From the NCBI GenBank assembly GCA_963742415.1, contig CAVULX010000003.1, positions 288,001 to 352,000 on the forward strand: a DNA stretch of 64,000 nt, given 5' to 3'. The notes beneath the pieces are model-generated. The model was not told the DNA's origin. It saw nothing but the letters and a program-made list of their open reading frames with translations, and made no database searches. Numbering within the stretch: position 1 is the first letter of the stretch; the number at the start of each line of letters is the position of its first letter. Shown one piece after another: positions 29,964 to 42,340 of the stretch. A program made the position numbers and the translations under genes. Source of the stretch: an uncultured Parachlamydiaceae bacterium (GTDB taxonomy: Bacteria; Chlamydiota; Chlamydiia; Chlamydiales; Parachlamydiaceae).

Positions 29964-31785
29964 AATGAATAAAAAATTTTTTAAATTTCTGTTTTACTGT
30001 TTAGCATTTAGTGGTATGGGAAGCAGTCTTATCGCTCTTAATTTTCCTCCCACAACAACACAAAGGGCCGGATCGATAACGAATGCTTTGAATGACCTAG
30101 ACTCAATCGTAAACAATGCCTTAGACGTTTTCAATGTACCTGGCTTAGCAATAGGTGTTGTTATCGACGGTAAAATAGTCCTGTCTAAAGGCTATGGCTA
30201 TCGAAACTTGGACCAGAGTTTACCCGTAACAGAAAACACATTGTTTGCTATTGGATCTTGTACAAAAGCATTTACCACTTTTATGTTAGGTCAACTCGTT
30301 GATGAAGGAAAAATCAACTGGGATGATCCTGTCATTACTTATATTCCCGAATTTCGTTTGATGGATCAGTATACCACGCATCATATAACTATCAGGGATT
30401 TGGTGGCCCACCGCTCTGGTTTGGCTCGTCATGACTTAGTATGGTTCAATCCTGAATTTACAAGGTCCGATGTTATTCGTTCTTTGCAACACCTTGAGCC
30501 AGCCTGTAATCTGCGTGAAAAATTTCAATACAATAACCTGTTGTATACGGTAGCTGGAATTTTGGTTGAAAAAGTAACCGGACAAACATGGGAAGAAGCT
30601 CTATCTTCCAGAGTCCTCATTCCATTAGCAATGTTGAATTCAAATGCTTCATTTAAAGAATCGCAAAAAGGTGAGGACTATTCCTTGCCATATGCGGTAA
30701 TCGCCGGAGAGATTAAAGCTATCCCCTTTCGCAGTTTGACTTCCGTCGCACCAGCCGGAGCAATTAATTCCAGCGTTTCAGATATGCTAAATTGGATTCA
30801 ACTGCAGCTATCCAATGGAACTTTTATAGACAAGCGTTTTATTCGCAAAGAAACTCTGCAAGAAATGCATACAATTCAAATGCCTATAGGAGCTTTAGCT
30901 CTTGAAGAAGAAGTCTATGGTTTTGGATATGGACTTGGATGGTGCAATGGAATTTATAGAGGAAATTACTATCTTAATCATGGAGGAGGGGTTGATGGTT
31001 TTATCTCTCAAGTTTCTCTGCTCCCTCAACAAAAAATTGGAGTTGTTGTATTGAGCAACAGTAGCAGCGACGGTTCGTATATTGTTTCGAGTATTACAAA
31101 TACCATCATTGATAAACTTCTTGATAAAGCTGATATTGATTGGGTTGAAAAATCAAAAAACATGCGCGACCAAGTGAAGAAAATTCAACAAGACGCTCCT
31201 ATTGATAACAATGAATTGAACTCAATGCCTGCACACAAGTTCGAGGAATATGTTGGCTATTATGAGCATCCAGCCTACGGAATTGTACAAGTAAAGCTAG
31301 AAGATAATCGCCTTATGGCATCCTATGGAGATATGACCATTTCTCTAAGCCACAAATGCTATGACATTTTCAATGGAAAAACCGATCAAGCTCTTTTTGG
31401 AGATAAAAGCACAATAAGCTTTTCGTTTTCAAACAATACTTCTGGGGATATCTGCGAATTACTCATTCCTTTAGATCAATCAGTGAAACCAATTGTCTTC
31501 AAAAAAAAGGCTGATAACGATTTATTTTCGATCGATTACCTCAAGCAATTTGAAGGCATTTTTGGCGACAGTCCCTTGCCACTTGAGGTTACATTAAAAG
31601 GGAATAAGCTAATTTTAATAAGTCCTGGTGAAGAAGCTGAATTGGTTCCAGATAAAATGCTAAAGTTTAGCTTAAAAGGACATCCTGGTCATAGTGTCCA
31701 ATTTGTACCGGATGACAACAGTAAGGTAAGTGAGCTTTTATTTATTTATCCTCTAGGCTTACTTAATTTAAAAATTAATCATTAA
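29964..31785 (+). CDS. serine hydrolase (beta-lactamase family) with DUF3471-like C-terminal domain
   Basis: FAIGSCTKAFT, FQYNN, HGGGVDGF, YVGYYEHPAYG; ATG at 29964 follows AAGAGG and starts a signal peptide. Confidence 0.88.
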
Positions 31786-32022
31786 CTATCTGTTTTAAGA
31801 ATAATATTTGAACGGGAGTGTAGGCAGAAAATATGCATAAACTTCTCCGATTTCCATTCAAAATCAATACCCCAGGATCCCCTGGAAGCAAATTATTTCA
31901 ATGAGAAATTCTCTAATTCACTACCCTCCCTCCGGTTTATTGATTGATTTTAATCGATATGCGATATAAACGTATGGGGAGGGTTAAAAATGGGGAAATA
32001 AAAATAAATCTTTCCAAGTGCG

Positions 32023-32535
32023 TTGGTTGAGAAAATGATTCTTATTAATTTTTCTTCGGATCGTGGTGCATTGGATGTAACAATTGAAACGCAGCATTTA
32101 ATCCTTCGATCTGTCAAAGCTGAAGAATCATACTATAATGATTATGCAGCTTTATTTGGCAACTCCAATGCTATGAAAAAGTATGGTAACGGCTCACCAA
32201 AGACACGTGAAGAGATTGTCAAACGTATTAATGAGGAATGGGTAAAACTTTGGCAATCCAATGATCCTTATAGCGCATTTGCTGTATTTAAGAAGCATTC
32301 AGAAAAATTTGTTGGTCATGCCATATTACAGCGTACTGGAGAGCCAGGCACGCTCGAATTGGCTGTTCTCCTCAGGGAGGAATATCAGGGAAAAGGCTAT
32401 GGAAACGAATTAGCACATGCATCGGTTAATGAATATGCGCTAGCTGCGGTTAAAAAGGGATATTTTGAAGAATGTACAATATCAGTTTATTTAGAGCCTT
32501 CATCGCTATCTCCTTTTTCACAGGTATATGCTTGA
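32023..32535 (+). pseudogene. RimJ/RimL-type GNAT acetyltransferase, probably 3'-truncated
   Basis: IETQHLILR and YQGKGYG are present; the usual C-terminal N..S..L.K.G motif is absent and the end overlaps an opposite-strand fragment. Confidence 0.6.
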
Positions 32536-32870
32536 TTAGGAGAGTCCTCGTCTTCGGGAAATAAGTATTTTAGCGTCCCTTCTTTAATCATTGGCGTAAG
32601 ATGGCTCCTGACAAAATGCTTTTTATCCTTTCTTTTCAGAATTTCTACTAATTGCTGAGCTGTTAGTGGTTGCCATGCACAGAGTTTTTGAATCACCAAA
32701 CGTAAGTCTTTTTTACTAGAGCGTGTATTAAGATTATTAATTAATATCTGTAGCTCTTTTGGGAGCGTTTCAATTGGAAACACACCGGTATACGGGTGTG
32801 TTTCAACGCCAGACACACCGGTATACGGGTGTGTTTCAACGCCAGACACACCGGTATATTGGTGTGTTTT
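32487..32870 (-). pseudogene. C-terminal winged-helix fragment of an ATP-binding (RecG-C/AlbA- or Fic-type) protein
   Basis: LCAWQPLTAQQLVEILKR...HLTPMIKEGTLKYLFPE..SPNQAY preceded by an 11-aa repeat linker; in-frame stop just upstream. Confidence 0.6.
32778..32870. repeat. 33-bp tandem repeat (about 3 units) of near-palindromic units
   Basis: Two copies of ACACACCGGTATACGGGTGTGTTTCAACGCCAG plus a degenerate third copy. Confidence 0.85.
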
Positions 32871-32902
32871 TGCTTAAACCATTAAATTTTAAGGCAAAAA
32901 AT

Positions 32903-32989
32903 ATCAACAAACCGACAAATGACGTTTTGTTGATCAAATTTGACAAACACAAAAACGATCAACAAATCGTCAAATGACATTTTGTTGAT
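32903..32989. promoter_or_regulatory. two tandem palindromic operator-like sites
   Basis: ATCAACAAA-N14-TTTGTTGAT at 32903-32934 and 32958-32989. Confidence 0.7.
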
Positions 32990-33041
32990 TGATTTTAAAC
33001 AAGCAAAGACCTATGATTAGATTAAAAATGGAGCAATAAAA

Positions 33042-34475
33042 ATGAGTCTTTCCAAATTCATTGGCCGTGAAGCTGAAATGGCCAGACTTAAGGGATTATT
33101 AAGTTCAAGAAGTGCAAGCCTTATCGTAGTTCGCGGGAGAAGACGAATTGGCAAAAGTAGACTTCTTGCAGAATTCGGAAAGGAGATCAGAAGCCTTTTC
33201 TTTTCTGGAATTCCTCCAGCTCGAAAGACAACTGCTCAATCTCAACGCAATGAATTTACTTATCAACTAGAGCGGGCAGGACTACCCGGTATCAAACCAG
33301 ATGATTGGGGAAATATTTTGTGGCACCTCTCCAAATATACCGCTGATGGACCTGTTTTGATCGTATTCGATGAAATATCATGGATGGGAGGAAAGGACCC
33401 TGACTTTTTAGGTAAACTAAAAACAGCCTGGGATATGTATTTCAGCAAAAATCCTCAACTGATTCTCGTGCTGTGTGGCTCAATCTCTTCTTGGATCGAA
33501 GAAAATATTTTAAGCAATACTGGTTTTGTGGGGAGAATTTCCATTGATCTTATTCTTGAAGAGCTACCCTTAAATGTTTGCAATGCCTTTTGGCACCCTA
33601 AAGAAAAACGAATTACCGCATATGAAAAGTTTAAACTTTTATCTGTTACAGGAGGGGTTCCGCTTTATCTAGAACGGATTAAACCTGAGCTCCCTGCAGA
33701 ACAAAATATTCGAGATCTTTGCTTCATGCAAGGAGGCTTGTTGGTGCGAGAATTCGATGAAATATTTTCAGATCTCTTCTCTCGGAAAAATGCAAGTCAC
33801 AAAGAAATTGTAGCTTGCCTTGCAAACGGCCCTAAAGATCTTGGCCAAATCTGCAAAGAATTAAAAAAAGAGCTGGGAGGAGGTTATAGCAGGCATTTAG
33901 ATGATCTTGTAAAAGCTGGATTTGTCCAAAGGGACTTTACTTGGAGTTTAGATAACGGCAAGGAAAGCAAGTTGAGTAAGTACCGGTTGAGTGATAACTA
34001 TCTACGCTTCTACTTGAAGTACATCGCACCCAATCGTGCTAAGATAGAAAAAGGAGCTTATGCAAATACAGCATTAAGTCGCTTTCCTGGATGGGAGTCC
34101 TTGATGGGACTGCAATTCGAAAATCTTGTAGCTCATAACCGTAAAGCTCTCTGGAACCTGCTAAATCTATCCCCAGACGAAATTGTGATGGATGGCCCGT
34201 TTTTTCAAAACCCTACAGCCAAACAAGCAGGATGCCAAATTGACTACTTAATCCAGACACGTTTCCATAATCTATACCTCTGTGAAGTTAAATTTTCCAG
34301 GAATCCAATAGGGCAGAAAATAATCAATGAGATGGAGGAGAAAAGAAAACGACTGAAGATACCAAAATTTTGCTCTATCCGCCCAGTGCTAATCCATGTA
34401 AATGGAGTGGAGGAAAACGTTTTGGATGAAGGGTATTTCGACAAAGTAATCGATTTTGGCCAGCTTTTAGAATAG
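33042..34475 (+). CDS. archaeal-type AAA ATPase with wHTH and C-terminal DUF234-like PD-(D/E)xK domain
   Basis: FIGREAE, GRRRIGKS, IVFDEISW, LCGS, TGGVPLYL, DNYLRFY, QIDYL...LCEVK. Confidence 0.85.
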   Translation: MSLSKFIGREAEMARLKGLLSSRSASLIVVRGRRRIGKSRLLAEFGKEIRSLFFSGIPPARKTTAQSQRNEFTYQLERAGLPGIKPDDWGNILWHLSKYTADGPVLIVFDEISWMGGKDPDFLGKLKTAWDMYFSKNPQLILVLCGSISSWIEENILSNTGFVGRISIDLILEELPLNVCNAFWHPKEKRITAYEKFKLLSVTGGVPLYLERIKPELPAEQNIRDLCFMQGGLLVREFDEIFSDLFSRKNASHKEIVACLANGPKDLGQICKELKKELGGGYSRHLDDLVKAGFVQRDFTWSLDNGKESKLSKYRLSDNYLRFYLKYIAPNRAKIEKGAYANTALSRFPGWESLMGLQFENLVAHNRKALWNLLNLSPDEIVMDGPFFQNPTAKQAGCQIDYLIQTRFHNLYLCEVKFSRNPIGQKIINEMEEKRKRLKIPKFCSIRPVLIHVNGVEENVLDEGYFDKVIDFGQLLE

Positions 34476-34681
34476 ATAGTGTTATTTTTACAATCATGGC
34501 TAAGAGACATCTCTTCAGAATGGTTTAATAGCTAAAAGTAAATTGATGGCATCTTGGTTTTGAGTAGGGAGATTTACTACTATATCTTTCTGATTGTCAA
34601 AACATACAGGATTTACGGCCAACAAGATTTTCTCTAAAAAGGGCTTAAGCTGGTGAAAGCTTAAACCCTTGTATGTAAAGA

Positions 34682-34764
34682 TGCTCGGAACTGGACTCGA
34701 ACCAGCACGGGGTTGCCCCCAAGGGATTTTAAGTCCCTAGTGTCTACCATTTCACCATCCGAGC
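34682..34764 (-). tRNA. tRNA-Leu(TAA)
   Basis: Reverse complement GCTCGGA...AGGGA-CTTAAAA-TCCCT, long variable arm, GTTCGAGT...TCCGAGC-A. Confidence 0.95.
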
Positions 34765-34783
34765 GAAAAGATGCGGAACATAA

Positions 34784-34812
34784 AAACTATCCACATCAGA
34801 ATTAATTGTCAA
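34784..34812 (-). promoter_or_regulatory. tRNA-Leu promoter
   Basis: TTGACA-17 nt-TAGTTT on the minus strand, about 20 nt upstream of the tRNA. Confidence 0.6.
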
Positions 34813-35011
34813 CAGCTTGTTGAAATAGAATGAGAAATACAATTAGCCTCTTTAGGGCTCTTAGATCCTTGATTCTTGAACTTTAGTACTCGAGGCTTAT
34901 TGCATTAATTGGATGATTTTTTCTTCCACCCCCTGTCCATGCATATCTCCCCAGCAGCATTGTCAATTTCTATCCAATCCCAAATGTACTTTTGAGAATC
35001 AAATCAGCAAA

Positions 35012-35950
35012 TCACTTTTCCTCTTCGGGATGCTCGAGATGTTCTGCGTCTTTGGATTCAGAAGGCCCTTCACTGAAATTATAAGGAGGCTCTTTCGGTT
35101 GCTGCATCAACTCATCTTCTAACGAGAAGGATGTCGCACGGTGCCGATAAATTTCCTCTTCCTCCTCTTCACTGATCGCGAAAGGGCTGATGCGGGGTTC
35201 CTCTAGAGGCACCTCAATCCCTTCATCCTCCTTGCCTTGCTCCCCTTCTTTTTCTTCCCCTTCTTTACTTTCATCCTTAAGGAAAAAAGCCCCTTTAAAC
35301 ATCGCATTGTCTTTATATCGAGCAATGGTTTCCGAAATTAATGTAGGGGGAGGGGGAAGGATAGAAGAAAGCAATGTTTGCGCGGAAAGAACTTCTCCTG
35401 CAGACTCTTCAACTGGGAAAGGGAGATCAACTTTTTCTTGTTCTTGAAGATTCTCAGACCCTGGAGTTTCTTCTTTAGGCAAGACCTCTTCGCGACCCCC
35501 TCGGCGGCGGCGATAACGGGTTCGACGATCCCGTTTTTTGTCTAGCCTGCCTGCTTCGCGAGGCTCTTTTCCAATTTCACCCTCTACAGGGGTCCCGCCC
35601 TCTTCACTTGGTTCAGAAACACTCCCTGTTTTTTCAGGTGCGCCTTCTTTTGTGGTTTTCAGAGTGCCTTCTTTACCTCCGCCAATCTTTATCGAACGGT
35701 CTATACCGACATTTTTCAGCACCATGCGCGCTTCGCGCACTTCAAGAATTTCATAATCGCTGACAGGCACTAAAAATGCTTTAGGTCTCTCTAGAGAGCG
35801 GAAGAAGAAAGAATTTCCAAAAGAAACGACTTCAACGGCATCGACAAAATATTCTTCTTGTCCGGAGCTTTTGCTGCTGCGGACAACTAGTTTGCACCCC
35901 TCTTTGGGGGTAATGACAGTTTCTATAATAGGTTCTCGTGTAAAATCCAC
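35012..35950 (-). CDS. grgA: chlamydial transcription factor GrgA
   Basis: FTREPIIETVITPKEG...FLVPVSDYEILEVR, basic patch RRTRYRRRR, acidic tail; located downstream of gap as in Chlamydia. Confidence 0.85.
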   Translation of the reverse strand: MDFTREPIIETVITPKEGCKLVVRSSKSSGQEEYFVDAVEVVSFGNSFFFRSLERPKAFLVPVSDYEILEVREARMVLKNVGIDRSIKIGGGKEGTLKTTKEGAPEKTGSVSEPSEEGGTPVEGEIGKEPREAGRLDKKRDRRTRYRRRRGGREEVLPKEETPGSENLQEQEKVDLPFPVEESAGEVLSAQTLLSSILPPPPTLISETIARYKDNAMFKGAFFLKDESKEGEEKEGEQGKEDEGIEVPLEEPRISPFAISEEEEEEIYRHRATSFSLEDELMQQPKEPPYNFSEGPSESKDAEHLEHPEEEK

Positions 35951-35982
35951 TGTAATTTATTCCATTGTTAAATGTGTTCATT

Positions 35983-37007
<1,025 letters not shown>

Positions 37008-37157
37008 AATTCCTCTTGAACAAGGGATTTACAGCTTAATCGACAACCGCTAAATATTCATTCAACCGACCAAAAGTAGAACTTCCGTTCAATGCAATCA
37101 TATAGCAAATAGCAGCTAAAGTAAAGGAAAAGGTTCAGTGTAACGAGTCGAGAATTA

Positions 37158-37246
37158 TTAAGCGCAAAGTCGCAAAGGCTGCAAAGGTAAAAAAGGAACA
37201 TTGTAGTCCATTTTTATCTTTACCGCCGTTGCGCCTTTGCCTTTAA
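37158..37246. repeat. degenerate inverted REP-like pair
   Basis: TTAAGCGCAAAGTCGCAAAGGCTGCAAAGGTAAAA pairs imperfectly with TTTTATCTTTACCGCCGTTGCGCCTTTGCCTTTAA. Confidence 0.5.
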
Positions 37247-37264
37247 CTTTTTTCTCTGCAGAAG

Positions 37265-37693
37265 TTAATCGGTAAGGTATTCGATGAAGCACATTTGGGC
37301 GTTATCGCCTATGCGATTCCGGCTACGAACAATCCGTGTATATCCCCCTTGTCTAGAAGCAAAATGGACACCCAATTCATTGAAGAGTTTATTGATGACA
37401 TAACGGTCGTCGTTATAACTGGTTGTTTCCCCTTTTCGAGCTGCACGTTCTTCTTTATCGGTCAGAGGGTTGAAGGTAATCATCATTTGGCCAATGGCTC
37501 TACGTCGGCTTGCAAGCGTATTTCTTTTTGCAAGAGTGATCATCCGGTCGGCATAGCGGCGCAGCGCTTTTGCTTTGGCTACTGTTGTTTCAATTCGTCC
37601 ATTGATAATCAATGATTTTAGCATATTAGCAAACAGGCAACGCCGGTGAGATGATGTTCTATTTAATTTACATGTATTTTTTAAATGTCTCAT
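37265..37693 (-). CDS. rplQ: 50S ribosomal protein L17
   Basis: MRHLK..KLNRTSSHRR, RIETTVAKAK, RQGGYTRI; intact. Confidence 0.96.
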   Translation of the reverse strand: MRHLKNTCKLNRTSSHRRCLFANMLKSLIINGRIETTVAKAKALRRYADRMITLAKRNTLASRRRAIGQMMITFNPLTDKEERAARKGETTSYNDDRYVINKLFNELGVHFASRQGGYTRIVRSRNRIGDNAQMCFIEYLTD

Positions 37694-37715
37694 GACTTAT
37701 CTACCTATAAAACTT

Positions 37716-38870
37716 TTACTCGTCTTCTTCTTTATATTGTTCTTTTTCTTTGTGTTGCTCTTTCTCTTTGAATTTCTCTTTTTTCCCTTTCTTCTCTTCA
37801 ATATAGTGTCGAATTTTTTCTTTTACGTTATCTTGAGTGATGCCATAACGGGAAAGATCCATTCCAAGATGCATGTTCATCTCGGCTAATTTAGCTTTGA
37901 TTTCATTGAGAGATTTTTTGCCAAAATTTCGGAATTCTAACATTTTTCGTTCAGGAATAGAAACTAGTTCGGCAATGGTTTCGATGTTCGCACCGCTCAA
38001 GCAATTTGTGGATCGGACAGATAGTTCAATTTCATCAATGCGAAGGCACAATTTCTCCATCATTTCATCTTGGTCGCTCTCCCCTTCACCGGCAGTCTTC
38101 ATCAAAATTCAAAACGTGTGTTTTCAATTTGTTGAAGACTTCAAAGTGTTTTTGTCCGATTTGAGAAGCAAAGCTTAAGGCTTCTACAGGAGTGACACGA
38201 CCATCTGTTGTCACTTCGAAGATAAGCCGATCAAAGTCGGTATCTTGTCCGACGCGGGTATTTTCGACGAAATAATTGACGAGGCGTACAGGGGAAAAAG
38301 CGGCATCGATAAGAATTTCATCTGATGTTTTATCACGCACTACATGACGTTCGGAAGGAACATATCCGCGGCCAATGGCCACTCGAAATCGATTTGGCGC
38401 CTCATTGGTTTGGTGACGGTGAAGAGATGAAGTGATGGATTGACAACTTCGTAATTGCCATCTTGAATAACATCTCCTAGGGTCACATCATATTGACCTT
38501 TATTTTTATCGAGATCGTCTTGAGTGATTTCAAGGACAGTGGTAAGGATGCGTGAGTCATGCGAACTTGGAGCTTCGTCCATGGGCAATTTTCGTAAAAG
38601 CGCCCCTTTGAAATTGAGGATGATATTTGTCATATCTTCAACAATTCCTTCGATCGCCATATATTCATGCGGAACACCTTCAATGCGAACGGAAATGATG
38701 GCAGGAGCTTCGAGGGAGGAAAGCATCATGCGGCGCATGGAATTGCCGATTGTATGTCCAAAACCTCTTTCAAAAGGCTCAGCAACAAATCGTGCAAATG
38801 TCGAGGTGGCTGTTTCCTCATCGATGGTAATTTTTTGAGGCATTTCAAATTTGCCATATTTAACTGACAT
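37716..38870 (-). CDS. rpoA: RNA polymerase alpha subunit (frameshifted here)
   Basis: [49 protein letters not shown] across three frames. Confidence 0.95.
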
Positions 38871-38930
38871 CTAAGCATCTCCTGATAAAAATAATAAAAG
38901 CTTATTTCTTAAATTTTGGCCTCTTCTTGC

Positions 38931-39368
38931 TTAAACACGGCGACGTTTTCTTGGACGGCATCCATTGTGCGGAACTGGTGTTGTATCGCTGATTGCGGAG
39001 ATCAATAGTCCCGCACTTTGCAAACCACGCACAGCAGATTCACGTCCCGCTCCGGGCCCTTTTAGTTTAACTTCAACTTCTTTCATGCCAAGGGATGTGG
39101 CCAGTTTGCCAGCATCTTGAGCTGCGACAGTGGCTGCAAAAGCAGAGGATTTTCGCGAGCCTGAAAAGTTGACTTTTCCGGCTGAGGACCAAGCGATGAC
39201 TCTGCCTGCAGGATCTGTGATGGCAATGATCGTATTATTAAAAGATGCTTTAACATGAGCAATACCTGCTGGAACATGTAAAGCACCTTTTCGTTTTGAT
39301 TTTAGCGGCTTTTTTGCTGGTTGTTGTTGCTGCTGCGGTTGTTGTTGCTGTTGTTGTTGCTTAGCCAA
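38931..39368 (-). CDS. rpsK: 30S ribosomal protein S11 with N-terminal poly-Gln
   Basis: [37 protein letters not shown] start. Confidence 0.96.
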   Translation of the reverse strand: MAKQQQQQQQPQQQQQPAKKPLKSKRKGALHVPAGIAHVKASFNNTIIAITDPAGRVIAWSSAGKVNFSGSRKSSAFAATVAAQDAGKLATSLGMKEVEVKLKGPGAGRESAVRGLQSAGLLISAISDTTPVPHNGCRPRKRRRV

Positions 39369-39385
39369 AGTTACATTCTCCTATC

Positions 39386-39756
39386 TTATTTTTTCTTATT
39401 GGCGACAGTTTTACGTTTTCCTTTACGCGTTCTGGAATTTGTTCTTGTGCGTTGACCACGAACAGGTAATCCTGAACGATGGCGCATTCCACGATAGGAA
39501 TGGATGCTGACCAAACGTTTAATATTATTTTGAATTTGCCGTCGCAAGATCCCCTTCAACAACATATTCTGCTTGTAAAAGATTGTTAATACGCGCAATA
39601 TCATCTTGAGTGAGTTTATGGGCTGCGCATATTGGGATCTAGGCTCAGTTTTGCAATAATTTCATTTGAACGCTGGCGGCCAATTCCAAAGATATATGTC
39701 AAACTGATTTCTAATCTTTTATTATCCGGTATATCGATACCGATAACTCTAGGCAT
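39386..39756 (-). CDS. rpsM: 30S ribosomal protein S13 (frameshifted)
   Basis: [14 protein letters not shown]...[26 protein letters not shown]. Confidence 0.93.
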
Positions 39757-39841
39757 TGAGAACTCCTCTTTTTCCTAAAAACAACTTCACTAAATTAGCA
39801 TGCTTTTATATTAAAAAGCAAAAGCATTTTTCAATCATACC

Positions 39842-41217
39842 TTATCGTCCCTTGATTCGTCCATGTTTCATAAACCCTTCATACCGTTTCATAAGCAGAT
39901 GGGATTCAATTTGTTTCATGGTATCTAAAACAACTCCCACTAAAATCAGCAGGGCGGTACCGCCAAAAAAGTAGCTAATGGTTTGGGGGACCCCTAAGCA
40001 TTCGCCCGATAATATGTGGGCAAGGATAGCGATGAGGGCTAAGAATACGGCACCGAGCAAGGTAATGCGATTCATGGTTTGCTCTAGGTAATCTTGCGTG
40101 GGTTTTCCTTGACGGATGCCTGGGATAAAGGCTCCATTTTTCTTCATATCTGAAGCAATTTGATCGGGACGAAATTGGGTTGCGGTCCAAAAGTAGGTGA
40201 AGAAAATGATCAAACTGACATATAAAACAAGGTACAAAGATCGCCCCTGGGGACAGCCAGGCAGCCACCTCACCAATCCAATTTCCACGTCCGATGAATG
40301 TTCCGATCGTTGCGGGAAACATGAGCAAGGAGGAGGCAAAAATAACGGGGATAACCCCTGCATAATTGACTTTAAGGGGAATATAGGAGGTTCCCCCTTG
40401 AACTTCTTTTCTGCCCACAACACGTCGTGCATATTGCAAAGGGATGCGTCGATGCCCTTGGATCACAAGGATCGTTGCGATGGTGACGAGAACAAAGACT
40501 CCAATGAGGACAAGGACGGTGGCAAAATTCATTTGTCCAGGTTCTTGGGAATCGAGATTCAACTGTTGGAGAATCAAGCCGAGAGCTGTTGGCAGAGAGG
40601 ACAAAATGCCGACGGTAATGATCAAGACTCATGCCATTTCCAATCCCTTTTTCGGTGATTTGTTCACCGATCCACATCAAAAGGACCGTTCCGGTTGTCA
40701 TTGTGAAGATGACAACAAGATAAAATAAGAGGGGCATCCCAAAAAGTTGGATATCGAGCAATTCACCTGCAACGATTCCTGGCCGGCTGAAATTCATTTG
40801 AATGGCATAACGTGCAAACATAGCAGATTGCAAAACAGCTAGTCCGAGAGTGAGAAGCCGCGTGATTTTATTAATTTTACGCTTGCCCTTGTTCGGGATT
40901 TTCGCGCACTTCACGTTGAAGAGATGGCCAAGAGGCGACAAGCAGTTGCATGATGATCGAAGCTGAGATGTAAGGAACAACACCCAGGGCAATCGACCGT
41001 CATTTGAGAAAATGCACCGCCGGAAAAGATATCGACCATTTGAAAAAGGTTTTGAGCTCCACCAGTCGCTTGCCGAAAAAAGCTCACAGCGATTTCACCA
41101 TTTATTCCGGGAACAGGGATAAAGCCCCAATGCGACAGGCGGCCAGCAAAAGCAAAGTAAAAATAATTTTTGCTTTCAGCTCGGTATTTGGAAAACTCTT
41201 TGTAATCCTTGCAGCAT
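39842..41217 (-). CDS. secY: preprotein translocase SecY (several frameshifts)
   Basis: [58 protein letters not shown]. Confidence 0.93.
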
Positions 41218-41358
41218 TTAGCACCTGACGTGTTTGACAGCAACGTTTATTTGGATTTGAGGATATTCCTATTCACTGTTTATAAGTCTGTAGACACCTC
41301 AAACTTTCAATTTGCCTCCTGTTGCTTATTAGCAGCCGGATGGCATAGTTACAAAAAA

Positions 41359-41817
41359 CTATTCCGGTATGTCACATTTAATTTTTGCACTGTGAAGCTT
41401 TGCTTTCGCACTACTTGAGATTGCATCAGCTTCGATTGTGACTTTTTTTGTTAATTCTCCATTGACCCAGAATCTTAATTCCTCGGGAAGGCCCACTGAT
41501 AAAACCATGTTCTGTCAAAGTTTGCAAATTAACTACTTCTCCATCTTGCAAAGAGCTCGTTAATTTGAGCAGAGATTGACTGTATTTAGTTTAAGTTTGC
41601 GGAACATGGCGTTGCTAAAACCGCGAATAGGCAGTTTCATGAACGTACGGAATTGACCGCCTTCGTATCCATATCGACGCTTATAACCTGAGCGGGCACC
41701 AGCACCTTTTTCTCCACGTCCGCAAGTTTTCCCTTTGCCGGAGCCTGGCCCACGACCAACGCGTTTAACAGATCTTCGTTTGCGTGTTGGATTTTTTAAC
41801 GACCCTAACGTTATCAT
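41359..41817 (-). CDS. rplO: 50S ribosomal protein L15 (frameshifted)
   Basis: [25 protein letters not shown]. Confidence 0.9.
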
Positions 41818-42319
41818 GCCAAGACCTCTCATCTGTTTAATTTTTTGCAGCTTTTGCAATTTAGATAAAGCTTTAAAAATAGCTTTAACCTGGTTGATCG
41901 GGTTGCTAGCCCCTAAGCTTTTGGCCATTACATCCTTATATCCGGCCATTTCAAGGACAGCTCGAACTTTCGATCCGGCGATAACACCAGCGCCCTCGGG
42001 AGCTGGTTTTAAGAGCAAATGACGCTCCATCCCAATGAACGGTAATTTCATGAGGAATTGTGGTGCCTTCCATGGGAAAGACTGACCATATTCTTTGCGC
42101 GCTGCTTCTCCGCCTTTGCGAATGGCATCGGTCAATTCATTAGCTTTTGCAAAGCCATATCCGATACGTCCTTTACCATCTCCGACTAGGATGAGAGCGG
42201 AAAAACTAAATTTACGTCCCCCTTTCACAACTTTAGAGCAGCGATTGATATATAATACTTTTTCGGTTATTTCGCTGCTTTGCTTTCTCTTTTTTTTGAG
42301 AATCACTTTGTTTTGCCAT
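41814..42319 (-). CDS. rpsE: 30S ribosomal protein S5 (frameshifted)
   Basis: [36 protein letters not shown]. Confidence 0.9.
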
Positions 42320-42340
42320 GTGATTATCCTTTTCGATACA

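Noticed and set aside
32778-32870. Palindromic repeats resembling a mini CRISPR array
   Set aside because: The intervening 11-nt sequences are identical rather than unique spacers, the period is 33 bp in frame with a protein linker, and no cas genes are present
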